From a virus, in IMG/VR virus record IMGVR_UViG_2711768806_000001: 64,000 bases of DNA; one strand, given 5' to 3'. Position 1 is the first letter of the stretch; every line of letters starts with the position of its first letter. Under the pieces are notes generated by a model that was not told the origin of the DNA, did no database searches, and saw only the letters and a list, made by a program, of their open reading frames with translations. The position numbers and the translations under genes were made by a program. Positions 43,837 to 51,589 of this stretch are shown here, piece after piece.

Positions 43837-44256
43837 TTACATTGGCGGCGCGTCGCGGCGGGCTCTAAGCCGACCGAGGCGCTTCGGGGCCGTCTTCGTC
43901 CGAACTTTTAAAGAGCTGGGCTCAGTCCTGTTAAGGACCTCTTCGAGCAGCTCCTCGGTATCCACCAGCCCCAGGTCGGGCTCGTGGCGCACTACCGTGT
44001 CATATTCTTCTGCCCGGCCGTAGCCAGCGGCGGCCATCGCCTCGGGGAGTGTGGACCCCTCGCCGAACTGGCGCCAGAAGTTGACCACCTTGTCCGCGGA
44101 GGGCTTCGTGAACCCTTCCGCCTTGATCCAGTTGCCGACCATCGACCCTGATGCGTCGACCAATTTGCCAATCTGCTCGTTGGTCAGATCCCCCCGGTGT
44201 GCATCCAACTGACGCAGAACGTACCGGGACCATGTCTGCGCGAAGTCTCCATCCAT
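43837..44256 (-). CDS. Immunity repressor (XRE HTH), probably leaderless
   Basis: LTNEQIGKLVDASGSMVGNWIK HTH; divergent from cro; no SD. Confidence 0.8.
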   Translation of the reverse strand: MDGDFAQTWSRYVLRQLDAHRGDLTNEQIGKLVDASGSMVGNWIKAEGFTKPSADKVVNFWRQFGEGSTLPEAMAAAGYGRAEEYDTVVRHEPDLGLVDTEELLEEVLNRTEPSSLKVRTKTAPKRLGRLRARRDAPPM

Positions 44257-44263
44257 GGTTAAG

Positions 44264-44293
44264 ACGCTACTCCACTGTGGTGAGATGCTGCAA
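44264..44293 (-). promoter_or_regulatory. Repressor promoter
   Basis: Minus strand TTGCAG-18 nt-TAGCGT, 7 nt before ATG 44256. Confidence 0.65.
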
Positions 44294-44436
44294 CACCCGC
44301 AATTTAACTGCAGTGCGGATTTCGTTGGCAAAACCCCTGTTCAGGTACTGGTTCCATGTCTCACAACAATGTAACTCCACCCCTGGGAGGCGTTGCAGCA
44401 ACTCAACATTAGGCACATTAGAGGTTTGCCGAAGCC

Positions 44437-44466
44437 TTGCGTGGGTAGCGACAGCGCACTACAGTG
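44437..44466 (+). promoter_or_regulatory. Early lytic (cro) promoter overlapped by operator-like motif
   Basis: TTGCGT-17 nt-TACAGT; CACTACAGTG at 44457-44466. Confidence 0.7.
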
Positions 44467-44536
44467 AATCCCATCACGCAGCGCAGTTGAATTGCACTGC
44501 TAATCCAGAGCAGTACCGCGAGGGGATGGTGATTCC

Positions 44537-44761
44537 ATGGCTTTCTTCCGTGTCAACCACGAGGGCTTTCAGCGCATCAAGCAGCAAGGCCTGGCCAAAA
44601 GCGATCGGGCGATCGCGAAGATGTTTCAGGTAGATCCGGCGACGATGCACCGGGTCCTCAACGGCAAGACCGAACCGACCGGCCGGGTGGTTGCCGGTGC
44701 GATGGCGGCGCTCGGCCCAGCATGGGTTGGCATCCTCTTCGACCTCGTGGACGAACAGTGA
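44537..44761 (+). CDS. Cro-like HTH protein
   Basis: SDRAIAKMFQVDPATMHRVLNGKTEP. Confidence 0.8.
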   Translation: MAFFRVNHEGFQRIKQQGLAKSDRAIAKMFQVDPATMHRVLNGKTEPTGRVVAGAMAALGPAWVGILFDLVDEQ

Positions 44762-45003
44762 AGACCTGCTACCGCGGCCACGAGCGATCCGAGGAAAACA
44801 CCTACGTCTTCTTCGACAACGGCCAGAAGAAACACATGTGCCGCGAGTGCCGCCGCAAGGTCGGCCGAGTGTGCGACTACTGCAACAACGTCTTCACCAC
44901 CACCCTTCAGCGGGGCTCCTGGACCTGCCCGACCTGCACCAGCGGCGGGGTTGTCACCAAAGACTTCACCCCACTGGGGTCCACCTGGGTTACGAGCGGA
45001 TAG
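44758..45003 (+). CDS. Zinc-binding protein resembling an HNH accessory module
   Basis: CYRGH..SEENTY...CRECRR plus a second CxxC..CxxC. Confidence 0.65.
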   Translation: MKTCYRGHERSEENTYVFFDNGQKKHMCRECRRKVGRVCDYCNNVFTTTLQRGSWTCPTCTSGGVVTKDFTPLGSTWVTSG

Positions 45004-45011
45004 GACAGAAC

Positions 45012-45371
45012 ATGAGGAACACAGCTCTTCTCAACGAGGTCATGCAGTTCATCCTCGATTACCCCGAGGCGCACAGTCAGGGCGCCTGGTGGAACGCCGA
45101 GCGGGAAACCTCCTGCTACGGGATGCTGACCTGCTATCTCATGGGCCACGACCTGTTGCCCGGCTACACAACACTGGTTCGCGACTACGACGGCTACACG
45201 GTGCCGGCGCGGGACATGGCCGCCAAACTCCTCGGCCTGAACGGACATGAGGCGGACACCCTCTTTCATGGCGGCAACACGGTCGACGAACTCCGGCGCA
45301 TGGTTGCCGACCTTGTAGCGGGCAAGCCACTCGGCTCCGCCACCAGTTACTGGCAGAAGGCGGGGCACTAG
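45012..45371 (+). CDS. Hypothetical protein
   Basis: HSQGAW..C...A.LLGL...LF.G.N motif. Confidence 0.75.
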   Translation: MRNTALLNEVMQFILDYPEAHSQGAWWNAERETSCYGMLTCYLMGHDLLPGYTTLVRDYDGYTVPARDMAAKLLGLNGHEADTLFHGGNTVDELRRMVADLVAGKPLGSATSYWQKAGH

Positions 45372-46169
45372 ATGATCCCCGCACTTACGCATTTCGATGC
45401 GAGACGGAAGTTCCTCGCCGAATCCGTCCGCTACAACAGCACCGGCCAGAAGCTCGACATCTGGCTTCCCCTCAATCCCGTGGATGCACCGGTCTTCATG
45501 TTCATCCCCGGCGGGGCCTGGACCATCGGGGATCGGCGCGGCCAAGGCTACGCCATCATGTCCCACCTTGTTCAACAAGGCTGGATCTGTGTCGCCATCG
45601 ACTACCGCACCGCTCCCCAGAACCAATGGCCCGCCCCTTTCGAAGATGTCAACGACGCCTGGAATTGGGTTGTCTCGAACATTCACGTTTACGGCGGGGG
45701 AGACTTCCTCGCGGTCGGGGGAGCTTCCGCCGGCGGCCACATGGCCTCACTCTTGGGATTGACCACATGGTCATTCTCTAAACCCGATGCAGTGATTTCT
45801 TTGTACGGGGTGTACGACTGGACCTCCAAGAGCCTCGACCACTGGTTGATCAACCGGTACGTGGAGAGCGTCGTGGTGGGCCGACGCGACCCCGAAACCC
45901 TCCGCGTCTCCTCGCCCATCCATCAGGTGCACCACGACGCCCCGCCTTTCCTGATCATCCAGGGAGATAGGGATCTGGTTACCCCGCAGAGTGGGGCGAA
46001 GAAGTTCCACCAGAAGCTCGTGAAGACCTCCCGGAATCCGGCGGTGTATCACAACATCCCCGGCGGGGTGCACGGGTTCGACCTGATCCAGCCTCGGCAG
46101 ACCAAGTCCGCGGTGGGGGCTATCGACCACTTCCTCTCTTCCCGCATTGCCCTACAGGAGGCGTCGTGA
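45372..46169 (+). CDS. Alpha/beta-hydrolase lipase/esterase (HSL-like)
   Basis: PGGAW oxyanion motif, GASAG nucleophile, GDRD acid, VHGFD His. Confidence 0.9.
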   Translation: MIPALTHFDARRKFLAESVRYNSTGQKLDIWLPLNPVDAPVFMFIPGGAWTIGDRRGQGYAIMSHLVQQGWICVAIDYRTAPQNQWPAPFEDVNDAWNWVVSNIHVYGGGDFLAVGGASAGGHMASLLGLTTWSFSKPDAVISLYGVYDWTSKSLDHWLINRYVESVVVGRRDPETLRVSSPIHQVHHDAPPFLIIQGDRDLVTPQSGAKKFHQKLVKTSRNPAVYHNIPGGVHGFDLIQPRQTKSAVGAIDHFLSSRIALQEAS

Positions 46170-46288
46170 CCACTCCTGCGATCATCTTCTTCGCCTCCGT
46201 AGGGATTGCTCCACTCGTGGCACTCCTCATCGGCACCGTCCAGGCCAGGGCTGAGCGGTGGGCACACGATAAGGACTTTTGGCTATGA
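46166..46288 (+). CDS. Small membrane protein (40 aa)
   Basis: AGGAGG SD; one TM; overlaps both neighbours. Confidence 0.6.
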   Translation: MTTPAIIFFASVGIAPLVALLIGTVQARAERWAHDKDFWL

Positions 46289-46530
46289 GGACCTGCACGC
46301 GCGAAGACTGCGAGCGGAAACACCACGCCAGGGGATACTGCAAGTTCCACTACAAGCGCTGGCACGACGGTGTCGACCTAGACCGCCCCTACGGCCCCGG
46401 TCGGCTGAGGTTCTTCGACTGGGCGATGTGCGGAACGCCGGCCCAATACAAGAAGCATCTCCGGCACAACATCCCGATGTGCGAGCCGTGCCGGAAAGCG
46501 GAGAGTCGACGCCAGCAGGATCGGCCATGA
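46285..46530 (+). CDS. Zinc-binding protein resembling an HNH N-terminal module
   Basis: MRTCTREDC...GYCKFHY; CGT..Y..H..C..C. Confidence 0.7.
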   Translation: MRTCTREDCERKHHARGYCKFHYKRWHDGVDLDRPYGPGRLRFFDWAMCGTPAQYKKHLRHNIPMCEPCRKAESRRQQDRP

Positions 46531-46835
46531 AAGATTCCTCGGAACATTTACAGGGATCTGATCATGGCGCTGATAAAATTGGACTACCCGAAGGACTGCA
46601 AGACTGGAGGCCAGCGTGCGGAATGCGAGAAGAACTTCTCACGCTCCCAGTGTGCAGAAAACCCGCTACGCACAGTCTCAACGACTGCGACAACGTCGTT
46701 CTGACTTGCCTCGAATGTCATCAAGCTTATATGGATTATCTTCGCCACGAGGTGTCCACCTTCCCCAAGGCGAAGTGCAAGGCCTGCGAACAGGGTGTTG
46801 ATCTCCTGCTCCACCTTCAGCTGAAGAAGCTGTAA
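46527..46835 (+). CDS. Hypothetical Cys-rich protein
   Basis: Multiple CxxC; ATGA overlap. Confidence 0.6.
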   Translation: MKDSSEHLQGSDHGADKIGLPEGLQDWRPACGMREELLTLPVCRKPATHSLNDCDNVVLTCLECHQAYMDYLRHEVSTFPKAKCKACEQGVDLLLHLQLKKL

Positions 46836-46844
46836 CAACAGACT

Positions 46845-47071
46845 TACATCGCTTTTCACGGCGGGATGCCAGCGTTCTCCAAAGTCGATGGGGATGACGA
46901 TTCCACCAGCCCTCGGGTGCCGTGTTGAGTACATAAAAATGTGACGGGTTAAGCCATAGGGGCAGAAATGCCGCCCGCGGGGACATATAAACCCCGCCGT
47001 TAGCCTTCGGGCGCGTAGACCCACTTCGGTGGAGGATTAAGCTTACCCAGTTTTTTGCAGAGAAATCTGCA
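46845..47071 (+). ncRNA. Candidate structured non-coding RNA
   Basis: Gap in a packed operon; GAAA and two UUCG tetraloop hairpins; ACGGCGGG/CCCGCCGT long-range helix. Confidence 0.55.
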
Positions 47072-47138
47072 GCGCACGGCCGGAATGGTCCGGCATGAAT
47101 TCCGATTCATCAAGGTTCAACTCCTTGCGTGCGCACCG
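47072..47138 (+). tRNA. Non-canonical, shortened tRNA-like cloverleaf (TCC, Gly-like)
   Basis: 7-bp GCGCACG/CGTGCGC stem, AATGGT D-like loop, TTCCGA loop, CAAGG-TTCAACT-CCTTG T arm; no variable loop, no U8, 3' ACCG. Confidence 0.55.
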
Positions 47139-47139
47139 G

Positions 47140-47174
47140 GCCACGGGAGGTGTCTGCTCCCTCCCGTGGCTTTT
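47140..47174 (+). terminator. Intrinsic terminator
   Basis: GCCACGGGAG / CTCCCGTGGC then TTTT. Confidence 0.75.
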
Positions 47175-47203
47175 CCATGCCCATTTATCAGGAGGTAGGA
47201 CCC

Positions 47204-47503
47204 ATGCGCGGATTCGACAAATACCAGCAGGCCCTGCTTGCCGGGTTGTGGGCACTGTGCGACGCCCAGCCCCCCGAGAAGCAGGAGCTGCGCCGGCTGC
47301 TCAACCCCCGCACCACGGTGACCAGCGAAGCGCACGTCGTCATGGCCACAAGGGCGGCCGAGGACTTCCACCACAACATCCGCAAGGGTTTGACGGAGCT
47401 GTCTCGGTCCACTCAGAAATACCCTCGCTACGCCTTCGACAAAGACCGCCGGGGAACGGGTGTCCCGAATCATCGAAAGGTCAGGGTCAATGACGGTCGA
47501 TAA
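47204..47503 (+). CDS. Hypothetical protein
   Basis: AGGAGGT SD. Confidence 0.7.
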   Translation: MRGFDKYQQALLAGLWALCDAQPPEKQELRRLLNPRTTVTSEAHVVMATRAAEDFHHNIRKGLTELSRSTQKYPRYAFDKDRRGTGVPNHRKVRVNDGR

Positions 47504-47633
47504 CGCGGCCAAGGTTCTTTACCTGGCCTACCACAAGGATCGCTACGCCCCGCATTGGGAGTCCGCTTTGGATAAGACGCGGTGGCGGCGGGCGGCGGCG
47601 GCCCTACTCCAGGCCATGTCCAATGCCGATTAG
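47490..47633 (+). CDS. Hypothetical 47-aa protein
   Basis: MTVDNAAKVLY...WRRAAAA; overlaps neighbours. Confidence 0.55.
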   Translation: MTVDNAAKVLYLAYHKDRYAPHWESALDKTRWRRAAAALLQAMSNAD

Positions 47634-47958
47634 GCCGGAGAACCGCAAGCGATACCCGCCCGATTGGCGTGAGATAAGCCAGCGCATCAGATTTGTGCGC
47701 GCCGACGGACGCTGTGAATGCGAGGGCGAATGCGGACGTGGCACCCATCGGGGGCGCTGCCCAAACCGGCACGGTGAGCCCGCCTACGGCACCGGTAGCC
47801 GCGTCGTTCTCACCACGGCGCATCTCAATCACATTCCCGAGGACTGCCGCGACGAGAACCTCCGCGCAATGTGTCAGGGATGCCACTTGCATTACGACAA
47901 GGATCATCACGCCGCCACAAGGGCGGCCCGCCGCGCAGCTCTCCAGGAGATTAAATGA
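47623..47958 (+). CDS. HNH endonuclease-like protein
   Basis: GRCEC.GEC...LTTAHLNH..EDCRDENLRAMCQGCH. Confidence 0.8.
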   Translation: MPIRPENRKRYPPDWREISQRIRFVRADGRCECEGECGRGTHRGRCPNRHGEPAYGTGSRVVLTTAHLNHIPEDCRDENLRAMCQGCHLHYDKDHHAATRAARRAALQEIK

Positions 47959-48116
47959 ACCGCTGGAAGGTCCGCAAAGAAGACGGCATCTGGAAGATCT
48001 ACGAGCACGATTCCTGGTGGGACTCCGAATACGAGTTTGATCAGGCGATCTTGTGGGCCCACCGCTTTGCCGTGTCCGCATTCGTTATGGACGGTGGTTT
48101 AGGTGACTGCCGCTGA
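47955..48116 (+). CDS. Hypothetical protein
   Basis: MNRWKVRKEDGIW; ATGA overlap. Confidence 0.6.
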   Translation: MNRWKVRKEDGIWKIYEHDSWWDSEYEFDQAILWAHRFAVSAFVMDGGLGDCR

Positions 48117-48327
48117 AACCATGGAACGTCGAGTAGAGCTCTACGAGCATCTCACCGACATAGACCAGGCCTTGTCCCTCCTGCTCGGCGAGCCCTTAGA
48201 TCCCGATGCTGAAGATACCGCTTTCGAACTTCTTGAAGAGCGCGAGCTGGTCTGCAATCTGATGCGCAATGTCGGGTACCACCCGTGGGATTCCCCGCTT
48301 CACGAAGACGAAACGAAGGTTTTATGA
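48103..48327 (+). CDS. Hypothetical protein
   Basis: Packed run. Confidence 0.65.
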   Translation: MTAAETMERRVELYEHLTDIDQALSLLLGEPLDPDAEDTAFELLEERELVCNLMRNVGYHPWDSPLHEDETKVL

Positions 48328-48497
48328 ACGACGCAGACGAAAAGGAAGCGCTAGTCCGCAACGCCCTGCAATACCTGGCCGCGGCGCGCTCCACCGTGAT
48401 CGATCACCTCACAGGGCCGAATGACCTTTATGCCAAGGTCGAGATTCTTCAGGATCTCGACTCGGTTGACCACTACCTGAAGAAGGCCATGCAATGA
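48324..48497 (+). CDS. Hypothetical protein
   Basis: ATGA overlaps. Confidence 0.65.
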   Translation: MNDADEKEALVRNALQYLAAARSTVIDHLTGPNDLYAKVEILQDLDSVDHYLKKAMQ

Positions 48498-48775
48498 AAC
48501 AAACCCTGAAAGCATTCATCATCGCGGGTGCGGTGGCCGCCGGCTTCACCGGACTGGGCCTTGTCACCGCCCAGCCTGCCGAGGCGGTTCCCGGCCAGTG
48601 TGGCGGTGCCATTGTCTTCGGTAGCGGCGGAGGGTTCTGTGACGGCCCGCCCGCGCCGGATGGCACCTGGATGCACTGCGAATCGGTGTATGTCATGGGC
48701 TTTGGTGGAACTAACTGTTTCCGCGTCCGCCCAGTCCCGACCACTGTTGACCCCCGGGGATGGGTGCCCGCATGA
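48494..48775 (+). CDS. Secreted protein with CDGP motif
   Basis: Signal peptide ending AEA; GFCDGPP..DG.WMHC. Confidence 0.75.
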   Translation: MKQTLKAFIIAGAVAAGFTGLGLVTAQPAEAVPGQCGGAIVFGSGGGFCDGPPAPDGTWMHCESVYVMGFGGTNCFRVRPVPTTVDPRGWVPA

Positions 48776-48909
48776 ACTTTGCAATCCGAGTCGTTCTGGC
48801 ATTCCTCGCCGGAGCGGGCATCAGTCTGGCCCTTGCGCCCACGGGTGTGCCCTCTCTGCTGATTCTGATCATCGCCTTCCTTGTGGGCCTCGCGATTGGA
48901 CTGGTTTGA
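48772..48909 (+). CDS. Small membrane protein
   Basis: Two hydrophobic segments. Confidence 0.6.
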   Translation: MNFAIRVVLAFLAGAGISLALAPTGVPSLLILIIAFLVGLAIGLV

Positions 48910-49064
48910 TGCGCGCTACAACTTGGGCATTTTTCGTCCTAAATATCCTCTTTGCAGTGTTCAACGTCACTTGCGCGATTGCGCTGGCAAGCCCCGTGAA
49001 TGCGCTCGTCGCGGTGGTCAACATTATCGCGGCGTGCATGATGTGGGACTTGCTGCGTGACTGA
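48909..49064 (+). CDS. Small membrane protein
   Basis: Two hydrophobic segments; TGATG overlap. Confidence 0.6.
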   Translation: MRATTWAFFVLNILFAVFNVTCAIALASPVNALVAVVNIIAACMMWDLLRD

Positions 49065-49221
49065 CTACCTCTTGTCCTACGACCGCAAAGACGTGCGGTA
49101 CGAGGTCCACTACGGGGATAAAACCGAGGTGTTTACCTCTCCGTATATCACTCAACTGTGGTCCTGGCTCGGTAACACCATGGAGCCGGGGGACACCTTG
49201 CACTGGCTACCGGGAGAATAA
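49057..49221 (+). CDS. Hypothetical 54-aa protein
   Basis: Fills gap; below ORF-track cut-off. Confidence 0.5.
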   Translation: MTDYLLSYDRKDVRYEVHYGDKTEVFTSPYITQLWSWLGNTMEPGDTLHWLPGE

Positions 49222-49223
49222 CC

Positions 49224-49610
49224 ATGAAAAAGATCTTCACCGCAGTGGTCGCGACCGGCCTCATTCTCGGCCTCTCGTCATGTTCCTCCGACGCCGATGT
49301 CGCATCGGAGAACCTTTCCAAGGCGGCCGACAACTTCGAGATCCCCCGACGGATCGTGTTCTTCAACGGCATCACCGACAACTACCTCCTGGAGATCCAG
49401 GGTCGGTGCGCCATCTTCCCCGACACCGGATCAAAGAAGCTCGATGTGGTGTGCAAGATGGGCGACGGCTCCTTGAAGAAGCACTTCCTGGGGTTGTCGG
49501 ACAACGTTTCATATCTCGTGGAGCAGGTGGACGGCGCCAACGTCAGCACCGATTTCTACCAGGTGAACTTCAAGCCGACCACCATCCTGCCGGACGTCAA
49601 GCTTCGGTAA
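49224..49610 (+). CDS. Lipoprotein of a widespread phage family
   Basis: LSSC lipobox; ADNFEIPRRIVFFNGITD. Confidence 0.8.
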   Translation: MKKIFTAVVATGLILGLSSCSSDADVASENLSKAADNFEIPRRIVFFNGITDNYLLEIQGRCAIFPDTGSKKLDVVCKMGDGSLKKHFLGLSDNVSYLVEQVDGANVSTDFYQVNFKPTTILPDVKLR

Positions 49611-49666
49611 GGCCAAAAACTTTTTTCTCCCAAGCCGCTGGATAGCGCAAACCCAAGGAAACGACA

Positions 49667-50583
49667 ATTACCGTAAAGGTAACACTCGGGGCGACAATCC
49701 CGTGTCAGCAGTACGGCAACCTGACGCCCCAGGTGGAGGCCGAGGGGGAGACCCATTCGGAGGCGATGGAGCTGGCCCTATCCCATATCAAGGCGTTGTG
49801 GGATCGCACGGCGAACAAGCCTTTGGATATCAATAGGGATCAGCCCGCTCAGTCGACGCACGACACTCGACGACTCGTCAAATGCTGGGCATCGGGCACA
49901 GAAGTCTACTTCGACCCCATTGAGCACGCCTATACCGACGCCAGGGTAACAAGTACCTGGGCGGCTCGACCTTCGCCCATCGGTACACCACGGAATTCCC
50001 GTCGGAAATCATCTCGGGAAAGATGGCCGAGAAGTACGGCGTCAGCCAGGAGGAGATCCTGGCGATGTGGGAGCTCAACTCCGAGGCCTCCACAACGGTG
50101 GGGTCGGCGCTCCACGCAGCGCTGCAGCTGCGCGAGCAGTACGCCAACCTTTCCAGGGCCATCAAGGGCGGCTCGCTGGAAGCCTGCACGACGGGCAACC
50201 CGATACTCCGGCCGATCGTCGAGGCGTTCTTCGAGGGCCGTGAGCACGAGGTCGCCGTCCCGGAGGCTTTTGTTGCCGACCCCAAGCGGCATCACTGCGG
50301 GTTCATTGACCGCCTCCTCATTGAGGATGATGGCGTGTGGGTCGAGGACTATAAGACGTCGAAGGATATTCAAAAATCCGAGACGATCTTGGAGCCTTTC
50401 AAGGATTTGGTGCCGGGCACCCAGCTAGGAACGTATTGGCTGCAGTTGTCATTTTACAGCAGGATACTAAATGTCCACGGAAAGAATGTGAAAGGCCTCC
50501 GCGTCCACCACTGGACGGGTAAGGCCTGGGAAACGCATGAGCATCCCGTTATCGACTTGGATGCCGCCTTCAAGGAGAACTAA
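49667..50583 (+). pseudogene. PD-(D/E)xK (Cas4/RecE-like) exonuclease with -1 frameshift near 49942 and apparent ATT start
   Basis: Frame A ...HAYTDA joins frame B QGNKYLGGSTFAH...GSALH...CGFIDRL...VEDYKT; fused product about 305 aa. Confidence 0.75.
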
Positions 50584-50903
50584 TGAGCGAACTCGGACAA
50601 AAGCTCATCAACGAGATCCGCATGGTCGCCGCGAGCAATCCCGACTACGTCTACCGGGATGATCACCGCACCTGCGCATACGTCCAGGCGGGTGGCCCAT
50701 CCTGCCTCGTCGGTCATGGGTTATGGCGACTCGGCCTGATCGATGCGAAGTTTGAAACCAATCAGCTCAATGTCGAAGTGTTCGACCACCTCTGGGCCGA
50801 ATTCGACCTGGAAATGGACGAGGAAGAGGTTAACTGGGTTCAGATGGTCCAGGAGTGGCAAGACACCGGCCGCACCTGGGGCGAAGCGGTGGGCATCTCA
50901 TGA
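50583..50903 (+). CDS. Hypothetical protein, paralog of 57166-57525
   Basis: MSELGQKLI...PSCLVGH...QDTG.TWGEAV. Confidence 0.75.
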   Translation: MSELGQKLINEIRMVAASNPDYVYRDDHRTCAYVQAGGPSCLVGHGLWRLGLIDAKFETNQLNVEVFDHLWAEFDLEMDEEEVNWVQMVQEWQDTGRTWGEAVGIS

Positions 50904-51154
50904 CCGCTCCACTGATCGAGTCCGTTGACCTTTCGGCATACGAATTCTCCATCCAGTGCGAGTCCCCGGGGTGCAACGAGTCGGCCGACTTTATGGCTAA
51001 GGGTTGCGCCGACCGCACTTATCGCAGCCTTTGCCACTATCACCTGGCGGTCGTGAAGAGGCGATTCGACCAGAATTGCGGCAAGGTGGTTTGCGAAGAT
51101 TGCAACCGGCCGTGGTTGTTTTTTGAAACCCATTACGAGGTCACCAAGCTGTGA
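50900..51154 (+). CDS. Zinc-binding hypothetical protein
   Basis: CESPGC, CHYH, CEDC. Confidence 0.65.
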   Translation: MTAPLIESVDLSAYEFSIQCESPGCNESADFMAKGCADRTYRSLCHYHLAVVKRRFDQNCGKVVCEDCNRPWLFFETHYEVTKL

Positions 51155-51576
51155 GCCTTTCTCGACCATCAACACCGCGGAAAGAACCGGAGAGGCCCGT
51201 TCAGCAGGTTGATACCCGGCCACCGGGCGCCGACGACCTCGACCCGGTAACCGTCGAGAAACGCATCCAAGAGCTTGTAGAAGCATTGGATGCCGCACTG
51301 CTGGAGTGGCGGGCACTCTTCCGGGCGCACAAAGAGGCCGATCGGAATTTCGACCAGGCATACGCCTTGGCGAAGATCAACGTTGATAAAGACGTTCCAT
51401 ATAACGACCGCGGTCAGTACGCCACGCTCGAAACAATGGACGAGCGCGAAGCCAAAGATATCGCTTTAGAGGCGTTCAAATACGCCGAGGAGCGCCTGGA
51501 CGCCATCAAGAAGGCACTGTCCGCCTGGCAGTCTCTGTCGAACAGCATAAGGGCGGCGTATCTAAACGCTAGATAA
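51151..51576 (+). CDS. Coiled-coil hypothetical protein
   Basis: LSAWQSLSNSIRAAY C-terminus. Confidence 0.75.
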   Translation: MSLSRPSTPRKEPERPVQQVDTRPPGADDLDPVTVEKRIQELVEALDAALLEWRALFRAHKEADRNFDQAYALAKINVDKDVPYNDRGQYATLETMDEREAKDIALEAFKYAEERLDAIKKALSAWQSLSNSIRAAYLNAR

Positions 51577-51589
51577 CCGAAAGGGAGCA

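Noticed and set aside
49224-49610. Recombination directionality factor label sometimes attached to this family
   Set aside because: The lipobox signal peptide argues for an envelope protein, and a conventional xis candidate sits beside int
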